61,618 bases of DNA from a virus. Lineage: Duplodnaviria > Caudoviricetes. The stretch's first letter is position 1; every line of letters starts with the position of its first letter. Positions 26,220-35,635 of the stretch are shown in pieces. The translations under genes and the position numbers were made by a program. The stretch covers positions 1 through 61,618 of the IMG/VR virus record IMGVR_UViG_3300030331_000798, one strand, 5' to 3'. Below the pieces are notes generated by a model. That model made no database searches, was not told the DNA's origin, and saw nothing but the letters and a program-made list of their open reading frames with translations.

Positions 26220-26410
26220 CAGTCTTTGTAAAAATAATCACCGTCTCCTAGGCTCGAGCGACTCACGATCTGCCATATTCTCTGCTTCGTCAATCCGTAC
26301 TTCTGCCCGAGTAGAGCTAGAGTGGTGTCACCCTTGTTATACTCTTCGTAGATTGATCGGTAGAGCTGTCTATTTTCTTCTTTCTTTTCGTCACTAATTC
26401 CTTTGCTCAT
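26219..26410 (-). CDS. Small HTH protein (sigma region-4-like; start revised to MSKG)
   Basis: TLALLGQKYGLTKQRIWQIV; ATGA overlap with the polA stop. Confidence 0.7.
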   Translation of the reverse strand: MSKGISDEKKEENRQLYRSIYEEYNKGDTTLALLGQKYGLTKQRIWQIVSRSSLGDGDYFYKD

Positions 26411-28266
26411 TCTGCAGAGTCTCCCCAAGTTTCTCCATACTCTGCGTCCACAACTAATGGCACGGATAAGTCTACGCATTTCGCCATTTTCTCCATGATA
26501 AATTCACCTTCCTCCTTTGATCCGACTGAATAGTCTAGTTCGTCATGAATCTGTAAGTGAGGGACATACCCCTCTTTCCAAAGATCTAGCATCGCTATCT
26601 TCGTCATATCTGCCGCTGACCCTTGAATCAATCTGTTTAGTGCCTTGTAGGTGTAAGAGCGTCTTATGTTTCCGTAGGTCTCTTTTGCCTCTTCTTCTAC
26701 TAGCGGTAGACCGTCCCCATGAACAGGCTCCCAAAAGTCGAAGCGGCACTTTCTTCCTCCGAGTGTTTTTATATGCCCTCGTTCTAGTGCTACTCTAGCG
26801 CACTGGTCCTGTAAGGCTCTGATAAACGGTACTCTCTGGTGGTACTGCTCGAGTAGAGTGCGAGCCTCATCTTCCTCTACTCCCAGCTCTTTAATCAACT
26901 TGGTGTGTCCCATTCCGTAGGTCAGCCCTAGGTTGATATTCTTGGCTTGTTTCCTAGGAATATTAGCCATATCCGCTACGATCTGGTGGAAATCAGCTCC
27001 TTCTTCCGAGTAGGCTTTAACCGCGTCCTCTGAGCCTCGTAGATTCATCTTATAGGCGTAATGCACGGTTAATCTAGGCTCCTGTTGCGAGTAGTCGAAC
27101 GCGCCCCAGATCGCGTCCTGTTCCGGTATAAATAATGAGCGTATTAGCTTTCCTAGTTCTGGGTCTCGAGCGGGAACCTGCTGTAAATTCGGGTTGGTGT
27201 AGCTAAATCTACCGCTGACTGTCCCTCCCGAGTCGTTTCTTAGAGGGTGGGCTTCTGCATGTATTCTTCCGTCAACTTGATGACCAAGAATCATTTTCTC
27301 AACAAAAGTAGTGCGTGCTTTATTCCACTTCCGAGCTTGTACGATCATCTTAGGTAGAGGATGCTCATGAACCTCTAGCCACGGGGCTTGGAAACTCGCC
27401 ATGCCTTTCTCAGTCCGAGGATACCAGATATCGTTAGCGTCGAACGCCTTCTGTATCGAAGCGTTCGCCCAGATCTCTACGCTGGTTCCAAACTTTCTCT
27501 TAAACTCGACCAGCAGCTGCTGTTCTTTTTTCGACAGAGCCTCGGCTACCTGCTCTGCTCGATCTAAATCAACTCTTACTCCTTTCCATCGCATCTCAAT
27601 CAACAACGGAATCAAGTCGCACTCTAACTTGAAAATCTTTTCTAATCCTTCCTCCTGGATTCTAGGGTAGAGCTGATTCCATAGCTGTAGAGTAAGCACT
27701 GCATCTTGCTCAGCGTATGGCCCAACGTATTTAGCCGGTAGAGCATACATACCAGATTTGGCATTTACTCCCCACGCTTTAGCAGCCTCCTCTAGCAGTG
27801 ATTCATCCTTCTCTTCAGCACAGTAATCCTTCCCCAAAACATTAAGAGAGTATGAGCGACGGTGCTCGTCAAGGAGAGGAGCAGCAAACATCGTGTCGTA
27901 GATTTGACACGTCAAGTCTATTCCTTCTCGCTTTAACCAGCCCACATCGTAGAGTGCATTATGAAAGACTAAAGAACCTTTATGGTTGGAGAGAGTTTTC
28001 TTTAGCCAACGAAGCACTATTTCTTCTTCTAAGTTTCCACCACCCTCATGGCGAATGGGGAGATAGCCACTCCATGAGTTAGATGAAACGGCGATACCTA
28101 CGATGTGACCTTCCCCCGTCGCCCATCCTGGCCCCCTTTCACGGAGAGCTGGATCATATGTTTCTAGGTCTACTGCTAGTAGTTCATGCTCGTCGAAACG
28201 AGGGAGAACACTAGGTGCTGACCAACTACTTTCTGGTGTTATTAGTGGTATCTGTCTCTGCTGCAT
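26407..28266 (-). CDS. polA: Family A DNA polymerase with 3'-5' exonuclease
   Basis: DLET, HNALYD and YAEQD exonuclease motifs; DYSQQEPR (A), RKQAKNINLGLTYG (B), QIHDEL (C). Confidence 0.95.
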   Translation of the reverse strand: MQQRQIPLITPESSWSAPSVLPRFDEHELLAVDLETYDPALRERGPGWATGEGHIVGIAVSSNSWSGYLPIRHEGGGNLEEEIVLRWLKKTLSNHKGSLVFHNALYDVGWLKREGIDLTCQIYDTMFAAPLLDEHRRSYSLNVLGKDYCAEEKDESLLEEAAKAWGVNAKSGMYALPAKYVGPYAEQDAVLTLQLWNQLYPRIQEEGLEKIFKLECDLIPLLIEMRWKGVRVDLDRAEQVAEALSKKEQQLLVEFKRKFGTSVEIWANASIQKAFDANDIWYPRTEKGMASFQAPWLEVHEHPLPKMIVQARKWNKARTTFVEKMILGHQVDGRIHAEAHPLRNDSGGTVSGRFSYTNPNLQQVPARDPELGKLIRSLFIPEQDAIWGAFDYSQQEPRLTVHYAYKMNLRGSEDAVKAYSEEGADFHQIVADMANIPRKQAKNINLGLTYGMGHTKLIKELGVEEDEARTLLEQYHQRVPFIRALQDQCARVALERGHIKTLGGRKCRFDFWEPVHGDGLPLVEEEAKETYGNIRRSYTYKALNRLIQGSAADMTKIAMLDLWKEGYVPHLQIHDELDYSVGSKEEGEFIMEKMAKCVDLSVPLVVDAEYGETWGDSAE

Positions 28267-28377
28267 CTTCTTTCTTAGAGTGTATTTCTGGATCGTATTT
28301 GTCTAACTTGATTTTGGAATCTCTATTCCATTTGCTTTTAAAGTAGAGTACCAATACCTTCAGTCTAAACCAGTAGT

Positions 28378-28713
28378 TTATTCTTCTTCCGATTCCCAAT
28401 GTTCTAGCCTCCTTATGTCTGTGTTGTTCGCTCTGATCTCGCTCTCTACTAGAAGCAGATACCGTCTCAGATCTCCTATGTCATCAAGTAAACCGTCCTC
28501 TCCGATATACTTGCCCCCTGCTTCGAACACATCGTAATTACAGTCTTTACTCTGTTGTTCGATACGGTCGAACTTACGGGCTAACATCATAAAAGCCCCA
28601 GTTCCTCCCCTACGTTTCCAAGAGTCCCCGTAAGACTTCTCAGATTCGATCAAGCTATTTATATCGTGCTGTGCGATATCTTTTATACTCTGCCACTTAG
28701 GATCCAGTGCCAT
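28378..28713 (-). CDS. Nmad1/DUF1599-like all-alpha nucleotide-modification-associated protein (start revised to MALDPKW)
   Basis: KSYGDSWK...RKFDRI...DDIGDLRRYLLL pattern; next to the thymidylate synthase homologue. Confidence 0.6.
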   Translation of the reverse strand: MALDPKWQSIKDIAQHDINSLIESEKSYGDSWKRRGGTGAFMMLARKFDRIEQQSKDCNYDVFEAGGKYIGEDGLLDDIGDLRRYLLLVESEIRANNTDIRRLEHWESEEE

Positions 28714-29749
28714 GTTTTGCCTCCCAGTTGAGTTGTCTTTTCTTAATCCATGCAAAAGCGGCTTCTTGCCAATCTTCTGCTTGAATTCTTTCAATCTCTC
28801 TATAACTTTCAACGTAGTCTCTCTTCTTGTGTTGTGTAAATGCTTTAATCATCGGTTCAATGACAAACGGGAAAATGTTATTTTTAAAACTGTCCCAGCT
28901 GATCGAGTTACAGTCTGCAATACTTAGCTCTAAGTCTTTATTCACAGGTAGACAGTTCAGGAAATACTTACACTCATATAGAAATGTTTGAGGGTGGTTA
29001 ACTATCGGCACTTGTTTTTTGGGATAGTACATAGGTAGCTGTTGATAGAACCCGTCGAAATCTATTAAGCGAATCTTTTCCCACTGTTCGGTTTCGTAGA
29101 CATGAAAGCTGTCGCTAATTTGATAGTACTTACCCATCGGTAAATCGAGTCTCGCCGCTATGTATTCTTGAAGAACTGACATATGAACTACGTTCGCTCC
29201 GTAGGCTCCCCAGATCATATCGTTCGACCTGTTACAGACTGTCATCTGTAGCTCGCCTTCTCGAATCTTAAAATAGATATTGGTGTTGCAAGGGATATCT
29301 ATGCTAGAGCTGTTTAGATCTTTTATAGCGTTCCACATCTGAATAACACAACGCCTTGAGTCTGGGTCTTTCTTTAACATCGAAACCACAGTTTCTATTT
29401 GGTTCAGCTTAAAAGTGTTTAACCACCTATGGCCATATGCCCCGTTTAGTGTTTTACCGTCATCGGAGAACCGCTTCATCCCGTCGTTAAAATGAGTAAG
29501 CTGTCTTAAATTCTCGGAACCTGCCATCATCCAGATAGCTTCTACTAGGTGGAAAAACGGGTTAGCGTCTCGAGTTTTCTCTAATAAAACTCGCTCCCAA
29601 GGTTTTTCATAGACTGTCGTAACTGGATGGATACACTCTAGCGTTGTTCCGTTACGGCTTTCTTGTCTCCTAAAATTTACATCGCTTCTAAATAAATCAA
29701 CGCCTTTTCTAAAAGCATCGTTAACATTGTTAGCACTAATCACCTTCAT
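28697..29749 (-). CDS. Thymidylate synthase-fold protein, probable dUMP hydroxymethylase
   Basis: SRNG, NPFF, GAYG, PDSRR, catalytic IPCN, NRSND, GAYGAN (Asn, consistent with dUMP specificity), SFHVY; long C-terminal extension. Confidence 0.8.
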   Translation of the reverse strand: MKVISANNVNDAFRKGVDLFRSDVNFRRQESRNGTTLECIHPVTTVYEKPWERVLLEKTRDANPFFHLVEAIWMMAGSENLRQLTHFNDGMKRFSDDGKTLNGAYGHRWLNTFKLNQIETVVSMLKKDPDSRRCVIQMWNAIKDLNSSSIDIPCNTNIYFKIREGELQMTVCNRSNDMIWGAYGANVVHMSVLQEYIAARLDLPMGKYYQISDSFHVYETEQWEKIRLIDFDGFYQQLPMYYPKKQVPIVNHPQTFLYECKYFLNCLPVNKDLELSIADCNSISWDSFKNNIFPFVIEPMIKAFTQHKKRDYVESYREIERIQAEDWQEAAFAWIKKRQLNWEAKHGTGS

Positions 29750-29978
29750 ATAGGCTCTCCGTGTTGTCAATCATAATTTGTTCGATTTGAAGTAAAGAAA
29801 CCCAACCAGTTCCTCCGATGTTTTTCTGCTGCTCGTGAATCCATGCAACAGCATCTGACCAAGTGTTGGGCATGCTGTGGTCTTTCATACACATTTGCAG
29901 AAACTCATGGTATTTAGTCATAACCCAAGTAACTTTAAGACTGCTCATGTCCATCAGGTGCTGCTTTAATTTGCCCAT
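29736..29978 (-). CDS. Hypothetical protein within the modification operon
   Basis: 80 aa, overlaps both neighbours. Confidence 0.6.
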   Translation of the reverse strand: MGKLKQHLMDMSSLKVTWVMTKYHEFLQMCMKDHSMPNTWSDAVAWIHEQQKNIGGTGWVSLLQIEQIMIDNTESLYEGD

Positions 29979-30895
29979 TTACTTTCTCCCTCATGCAAAT
30001 CTTCGATTATCGGTCGGTCTCTTTTGGAGTAGTCGTAGACGCTACGAGTCCGTCCTTCCCCCTTCAAGATCCTAGAGTATTTATCAAACTCACATAGACC
30101 TCCTTCCACTTCCCGCATCTCAAACGGCATTCGATACTTAATCCGCAACTCCTCTTGGCAGATAGCGTAGAGTTCTTGCATCTCTTTATTCCAATCGTGT
30201 GAGCGTTTACAGAACCCGAGGGGTCTGCCTGTAAGCCTGTTTAGTCCTCTCATGGCTCCTGGACCTGCGTTAGCCCAGCTACAGGTGTCAGTAGCTTCGT
30301 CTAATATGTAGGTGTGGCGTAGGTCAGTCACGATCTCGTAAGCAACAAACGGCCCGATGTACGGGTACTGTAGTAAAAACTCCCACGCTTCTTGTAACGT
30401 AGTCATCTTTTCTAAAGAGGAGACCAGTCTCTCTCGCTCAACCCATATATGTGTAACGCACTCAGCAACTCCCTTAACTTTGTTCATGCGGTTAGGGGTC
30501 TTGACTATGTAAGCCCCCGTTACCCATTTAGGCTGCTTGCTGACCTCTTCTATCGCTTTTTCTCTGTCCCAGTCGAGGTGTAGGTTATGTTCGAGTAGCG
30601 TTCTACCCGTTTCGATCAAGTTAAAAAACCTGAAGATAATCGTAGCCATAACCACTTCAGGCTCTGCCGACAACGGTCTGCGTATGTGTGCTGCAAACCA
30701 GCGGGTCGTTCTGTCATCTTCTCGATAGACTTGGCAAAACTTAAACGTCTTAAAGATCTCGTCTTCAGTCCAAGGAGGGTCAGCGTCAGCGTCCTCTTTT
30801 TTACGTCGAATACTTTCCCGCTCCTCTATCCAATAGAGATAGCGGTCAACCTCTTCGTTTATAAAAGTCTTGCCTTTTTTCTCAATCAGACTCAT
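29966..30895 (-). CDS. aGPT-Pplase1 / HMUDK-helical-like DNA base hypermodification protein (HhH glycosylase-like fold)
   Basis: WIEERESIR...PPWTEDEIF..FKFCQVYREDDRTT, IFRFFN, YIGPFVAYEIVTDL, GPGAMRGL, EVEGGLCEFDKY. Confidence 0.8.
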   Translation of the reverse strand: MSLIEKKGKTFINEEVDRYLYWIEERESIRRKKEDADADPPWTEDEIFKTFKFCQVYREDDRTTRWFAAHIRRPLSAEPEVVMATIIFRFFNLIETGRTLLEHNLHLDWDREKAIEEVSKQPKWVTGAYIVKTPNRMNKVKGVAECVTHIWVERERLVSSLEKMTTLQEAWEFLLQYPYIGPFVAYEIVTDLRHTYILDEATDTCSWANAGPGAMRGLNRLTGRPLGFCKRSHDWNKEMQELYAICQEELRIKYRMPFEMREVEGGLCEFDKYSRILKGEGRTRSVYDYSKRDRPIIEDLHEGESKWAN

Positions 30896-31755
30896 ATTCT
30901 TTTTCTCAAGACCCATGCGCAGTTGTTAGATACTTCTGGGTAAAACGTCGCGGAAACTACTCTAAGAAACTGTTTACCGTAGCGTTCTTCTAAAAGTTCA
31001 AACTGATCGGGCCATAGCCGCCATTCGGCATCCTCCCCGTCTTTATGCATAGCTGCTTTTAGTTTAGGCATCTGAATAAACGTGCCAACTACAGACTGTA
31101 GAAACCAGCCTCGAGAGTGTCGGGTTAATTCTTTCTTAAGTTCTTCAAACCCCCACTCGTATACATGGTCTTCAGGTAGTTTGTCGTTAGACCCGTCATG
31201 GTTAGGAGTAGAGACATAAATCAGACCTCCTGGTCGTAACACACGATTAGCGTCGTCAAGCCACGCTTGTATAAACTCACGCCCCATGTGCTCTATTACT
31301 TCTGTGGTCCAGAAGAAATCAATAGAGTTGTCTGGTACATCAAACACAGGGTTAACGGTGAGATCCTGAATGTCAATTTGTCCGTTAAAGTTCTTAAACC
31401 AAGTAGAGTCTTGAACCAGTCCTGTGGGGCTGGAGTACCCTTGCTTCTCGTTGAGGCAAGCAGGGTCTATATCGACTCCTCGATAAGATGCAATCACGTC
31501 AGACTTCTTAACGGTGTAGGCTTTGTACAGGTTTCGGAGAACCCATATCTCTCCACACCCTGCTTCTAGCACGTTGATAGGTCTGTCAAGGAACTTCGCT
31601 TCCTCAATGCAGAGCGAAGATATTTTATCGTAACGAGTCATGTGTGTGATCTCGTCAGGTCGCCAGTTTCCTAGCATGTTTCCACTAGCAATATCCATGC
31701 GAGTGTTTTTACTGTTGTTGACATTTTTGTCAAGCTTCTTTCTAATAGAGGCCAT
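30892..31755 (-). CDS. Class I SAM-dependent methyltransferase
   Basis: VLEAGCGE, GVDID, IQDL, TEVIEH, RVLRPGG, STPN; no N6A/N4C DPPY-type or C5 PC motif. Confidence 0.85.
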   Translation of the reverse strand: MASIRKKLDKNVNNSKNTRMDIASGNMLGNWRPDEITHMTRYDKISSLCIEEAKFLDRPINVLEAGCGEIWVLRNLYKAYTVKKSDVIASYRGVDIDPACLNEKQGYSSPTGLVQDSTWFKNFNGQIDIQDLTVNPVFDVPDNSIDFFWTTEVIEHMGREFIQAWLDDANRVLRPGGLIYVSTPNHDGSNDKLPEDHVYEWGFEELKKELTRHSRGWFLQSVVGTFIQMPKLKAAMHKDGEDAEWRLWPDQFELLEERYGKQFLRVVSATFYPEVSNNCAWVLRKRI

Positions 31756-31778
31756 AGTTCTTTCTCCTTTATATAATT

Positions 31779-31809
31779 TATTCTACTTTACTTTTTATTT
31801 GAAAGTAAA
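31779..31809 (-). promoter_or_regulatory. Putative promoter of the modification operon
   Basis: TTTACT-N18-TAGAAT followed by AAAGGAG RBS; same layout at about 36580-36607 and 23897-23925. Confidence 0.5.
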
Positions 31810-31814
31810 GGAGT

Positions 31815-33308
31815 TTATAATGGGTAATATTTCTGGGTTTGTGGTTCAATTAAAAACAGATTCTCCTTCGCCCGAGTTAATCCAACATAAAACACCCGTG
31901 ATTCGTCATCAGGATTTTGTTGATACGATTTAAACACGCGAGAAGAAATATCAGTGAGTAAAATGACGTTAGTTGCTTCTCCCCCCTTAGCCGCATGGAT
32001 AGTCGAAATCCGAATACGCGGCTCTTGTGTAATTTTTTCTCCTCTTCTTAGCATCGCTCGGATGTAACTTCGTTCTTTAACTGAGATTCCTTCGAACACA
32101 TCGTACCAATATCCTTCTTTTAGGTTAGGAACGTGTTTCTTTAGTTCTTTAAGGGAAATTAAAGTATCAAAGTCGATTACCGCGAGAGAAGAAGGTACGC
32201 GGATCTTTAAATAATTTAAGACATTGGTAACTTCCGTCATGGGAACAAGACCCTCTGCGCGGAGCGATTCCCAAGATCGGACTGCTCTAACTTTTTTCTC
32301 CGAGATACTGGCTCTATTTTTGTTTTTAAAGAACCATCCCTCAGATCGACAGTAGTCTTCAACATTCTGTAAGAGATAATTAGTGCGAGCTAAGACTAAC
32401 CAATCACCCTCTGCCATGTCTACGTTGTCGAATGCTGCCTCCCACCTAACCAACCCTTTCTCTTTTCTAGGATTCCATACTTTATGTACTCGTGAACTTA
32501 CTTGTCCGATACAACGCTCGGCAAGGTTATGAATAGATTTAGGGATTCTGTAGGACTGTTTGAGAATCATCGCATCTTTAGAGTTCCGAATCAGGTAATC
32601 GACATCTGCGCCAGCCCAACGGTAGATAGCTTGATCATCGTCTCCTGCAATATAAATACGTTCTGCTGAATCACACAGCTTTCTAACTACCGCCCACTGT
32701 AATGGTGAAAGGTCTTGCGCTTCGTCTACGAACATTACATCTAGTTTCGGAGCAACCCCTCGCTCTAAAAACTGCTGCAACATATCGGTGTAATCTAGCA
32801 GTAGACGATCTTGTTTGAATAACTTGAGTCCTCTAGCAAATCGCTCTAGCTCAAACCAGCCAACTGCGTCATCTACTTCTTGCCACTGATCTTCTAGTGT
32901 GGTCTGACGCATTCGAGCTAAGTTCTCTATAAACAGTAGACGGTCGTCTTTTGAGATACCTGATATATGTCCCTCGTCTGAGGCTCTTGAACCAGATAGT
33001 CTTAGGTTAAGTTTCTCGTTTAGATCATGGAGGTCTGCGCCTCCCAACACACTCTCTTTAGTCAGCCCTAGCTGTAAAAAACATAACGAGTGGAGTGTGC
33101 GAAAATACGGTAATTGATTCTTGTTGATTTCAAACCTGGAGATTGCTCTCGTTTTTCCTTCCTGTACAGCTTGTTTAGTAAACGTAAAAAATCCTATGCG
33201 TTCAGGCTCAGTCCCCCTTTCGAGTTCCTCTTCCAATAATCCTAGTAACGTGCTTGTTTTGCCCGTTCCAGGAGGTCCCAATATGACCTGAGCCTTACTG
33301 CTTAACAC
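31815..33308 (-). CDS. UvrD/Rep-like SF1 helicase
   Basis: GPPGTGKT, RTLHS, VDEAQD, GDDDQAIY, STIHAAKGGE, YVGLTRAK. Confidence 0.92.
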   Translation of the reverse strand: MLSSKAQVILGPPGTGKTSTLLGLLEEELERGTEPERIGFFTFTKQAVQEGKTRAISRFEINKNQLPYFRTLHSLCFLQLGLTKESVLGGADLHDLNEKLNLRLSGSRASDEGHISGISKDDRLLFIENLARMRQTTLEDQWQEVDDAVGWFELERFARGLKLFKQDRLLLDYTDMLQQFLERGVAPKLDVMFVDEAQDLSPLQWAVVRKLCDSAERIYIAGDDDQAIYRWAGADVDYLIRNSKDAMILKQSYRIPKSIHNLAERCIGQVSSRVHKVWNPRKEKGLVRWEAAFDNVDMAEGDWLVLARTNYLLQNVEDYCRSEGWFFKNKNRASISEKKVRAVRSWESLRAEGLVPMTEVTNVLNYLKIRVPSSLAVIDFDTLISLKELKKHVPNLKEGYWYDVFEGISVKERSYIRAMLRRGEKITQEPRIRISTIHAAKGGEATNVILLTDISSRVFKSYQQNPDDESRVFYVGLTRAKENLFLIEPQTQKYYPL

Positions 33309-34831
33309 TAGATTATTCTTTCATCGAAGTCGGGTAGGTCGTGTGACTCTGTCTGAGTTTCAAACTCGATTATGTGCCATACGTTCGCGCCCCTTCCTTT
33401 TATATTAAAGAAGTGAGCTTCTCCTCCGAGATCTTTTAATTTAGCAGTCAGTTTGTTTCTAGGGTAATCCCTAAAGTTCTTACGGTGTAAGAAATCCATT
33501 AGGTCTGCGAGTCTAAAATAAGTCCTGCCTTTATCAGACCACGGCTTGCCTAATAGAATCTCGTCTTTCTCCCTAGCCGGTCGCTCCGTACAGAAAGTTT
33601 CTAGCAACTCGTTAAAGTGGCCTTCTGTCGATGCGTCTTTAGGAACTTCAATAATAGTCAGTGTGTCAAGTAACTGCTGAATGATAGACCGCCAGACATT
33701 ATCCCTAACCTTCGGAGGAATGATATTCAAGCTATCCATACACTTTCGCTGAAACTTGGTCTGATTAAGAAGCTCCTCTGTTTCAAGTTCTAACCGCCCA
33801 CCTTCTACATCTAAGAACCAGATAGGCGGGTCACTGTTTTGCTTCGTTAAGTTACTGAAAAGAGGCGTTCCTCCTGAAGCCCCTACTCCAAACTTACGGG
33901 TTCTACACAAAGGACTGTTACAGAACCCTGCGATTGGTTGGTCGTTACACTTATAGAAATAATCCTTCTTTTGTAATTGTTTAGCTACCGACAACACCTC
34001 CTGTGCGCTTAACGGTGGCTGCATGTATTTGTGGTTTATTTCTTCTAGTTGCTTCTCCCAGTCGTCAGGAAACTTCTTTCTTAGAAAGACTCCGACATTA
34101 AACAAACCAGAGTTACGCATACCTTTAGGAAAGCCTTGAGCAATTAGATGCTCTAGGCATGGCGGGGATTGTTCTAGCCACTGAGAATCTTCGAGCACCG
34201 GAGTCACCTCCAGCTTATTCAATTCATCCTCGGTAAGAACTAACCCGTCTGCGTAATCTAAAAACTGTTGAGGAGTGAGTACGTTTCCTGTTGCTCCGAA
34301 CGCATATCCGGTGGAGTCTTCTCCTCCGAAGTACGGCATGTTCAAAGAACTTCCTCTATCTCCCCTTTCTAGTAACAGCTTCGATTGTTTTGGAAATATT
34401 TCTGCTTGCCCGAACCCGATTGCAGAAGCTACTTGCCGAAGTTTTTTCTGCATGGACGAGGCCGGTACGGGATCGAAGACAAACAGAAATAAATGTGCCC
34501 CGCCGCTCTTAGAACGACAGACCACAAGAGGGAGTTTAAACTTTTTGAGTTTCTTAGCTAGACCTTTGAGGTCTAGTGTGAACTCATCTATGTCTATAGC
34601 TCCCCAAACACAAGTATTGTTTTCATCTATCGGCACTAGGCCGAGACCCTTTTCACCTTTTAAATGTTGATTCCAAAGTTCGTGTAACTCTTTCTGAGTT
34701 ATCGTTTTTGAGATCGTTACATAATTACCTTTTGCTTTCCCATCTTCCCGTGTTTCTTTCGTCGGGGTAAAGACACTATGTCCGTGTCTCAACCCCGCGA
34801 AACGGTGGGCAAACTGCTCTTGTAAAGACAT
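33308..34831 (-). CDS. AEP-superfamily primase with PriCT-like domain
   Basis: WGAIDID, RSKSGGAH, EIFPKQ, LNMPY, PPCL...GMRN; Cys cluster. Confidence 0.8.
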   Translation of the reverse strand: MSLQEQFAHRFAGLRHGHSVFTPTKETREDGKAKGNYVTISKTITQKELHELWNQHLKGEKGLGLVPIDENNTCVWGAIDIDEFTLDLKGLAKKLKKFKLPLVVCRSKSGGAHLFLFVFDPVPASSMQKKLRQVASAIGFGQAEIFPKQSKLLLERGDRGSSLNMPYFGGEDSTGYAFGATGNVLTPQQFLDYADGLVLTEDELNKLEVTPVLEDSQWLEQSPPCLEHLIAQGFPKGMRNSGLFNVGVFLRKKFPDDWEKQLEEINHKYMQPPLSAQEVLSVAKQLQKKDYFYKCNDQPIAGFCNSPLCRTRKFGVGASGGTPLFSNLTKQNSDPPIWFLDVEGGRLELETEELLNQTKFQRKCMDSLNIIPPKVRDNVWRSIIQQLLDTLTIIEVPKDASTEGHFNELLETFCTERPAREKDEILLGKPWSDKGRTYFRLADLMDFLHRKNFRDYPRNKLTAKLKDLGGEAHFFNIKGRGANVWHIIEFETQTESHDLPDFDERII

Positions 34832-34850
34832 CCCTCACCTTTCTACCTTT

Positions 34851-35633
34851 CTAAAATGGAACCTCTTCGTCGCTGGCTACATCGTCAGCGGCCCCTTCTT
34901 GGCGTACTACAACAGTCCCGCCTTTAGCCGCTTTCATAAAGTCGAGAGACAGCCGAGCAAGTTCTATTGGAGTAGGCTTTTCTCTTTCGGCAGTAACTCC
35001 GTACCAAGAGCCTAAGTCGTTAGACTGCTCTACGGTTTTTAGTCGGTAGATATAAGAGAACATTGGTGCGAGGACAGAGTTGCCCTCAGCGTTTTTAACA
35101 CGGGCTGTTCTGAGCATTGAGTTCCAACGCCTAGAAAACCCTAATTGTGATGAGGTAAAACTCAACAGAACCTGTTCAGGCTCAGCCTCATCGTTAACTA
35201 TAAGAGAGAAATACTGGGCGGTTTCTTTGATCTCGTTACCGCTTTCCATGATATACTCTTTCTTATCGTTCCTTGTACACTTCTCGAGTATGGAAGCGTC
35301 GTGGTCTGCACTAACGAATCCTCCTCCCTGTGTTCTAGGAACCCATTCGATCCACTGCTTAGAGTACGAACAAGGTATAACTAAGACTCCCTCTTCTCCG
35401 TCAAACAACTCATTAGTAACGGTGTTATACAACATTCCTTGTTGTGCCCCTTCGATGTACTTACCGTCACTCTTTTTGAGTTGCGGAGACATCGCCTGTA
35501 TGACTCTAAGAAACGGTATCGCATAGTCTGCGCTAGTCGCATCTTCTAAGCCAGTTCCTGCCGACAATAAGTCGGTATCGTAGACAGCTATTTCACCGTC
35601 TTGCTTTTCTGCTACATTTTTAGCCATTGTCAC
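34851..35633 (-). CDS. Putative single-stranded DNA-binding protein
   Basis: Acidic C-terminal tail ending DEEVPF; lies in the replication cluster. Confidence 0.6.
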   Translation of the reverse strand: MTMAKNVAEKQDGEIAVYDTDLLSAGTGLEDATSADYAIPFLRVIQAMSPQLKKSDGKYIEGAQQGMLYNTVTNELFDGEEGVLVIPCSYSKQWIEWVPRTQGGGFVSADHDASILEKCTRNDKKEYIMESGNEIKETAQYFSLIVNDEAEPEQVLLSFTSSQLGFSRRWNSMLRTARVKNAEGNSVLAPMFSYIYRLKTVEQSNDLGSWYGVTAEREKPTPIELARLSLDFMKAAKGGTVVVRQEGAADDVASDEEVPF

Positions 35634-35635
35634 CT

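Noticed and set aside
28697-29749. Ordinary thyA
   Set aside because: It is divergent with a long C-terminal extension and is embedded among hypermodification-type genes. Not excluded, but no gene symbol was assigned.
30892-31755. Restriction-modification DNA methyltransferase
   Set aside because: It lacks DPPY/NPPY/SPPY and PC catalytic motifs and looks like a small-molecule class I methyltransferase.
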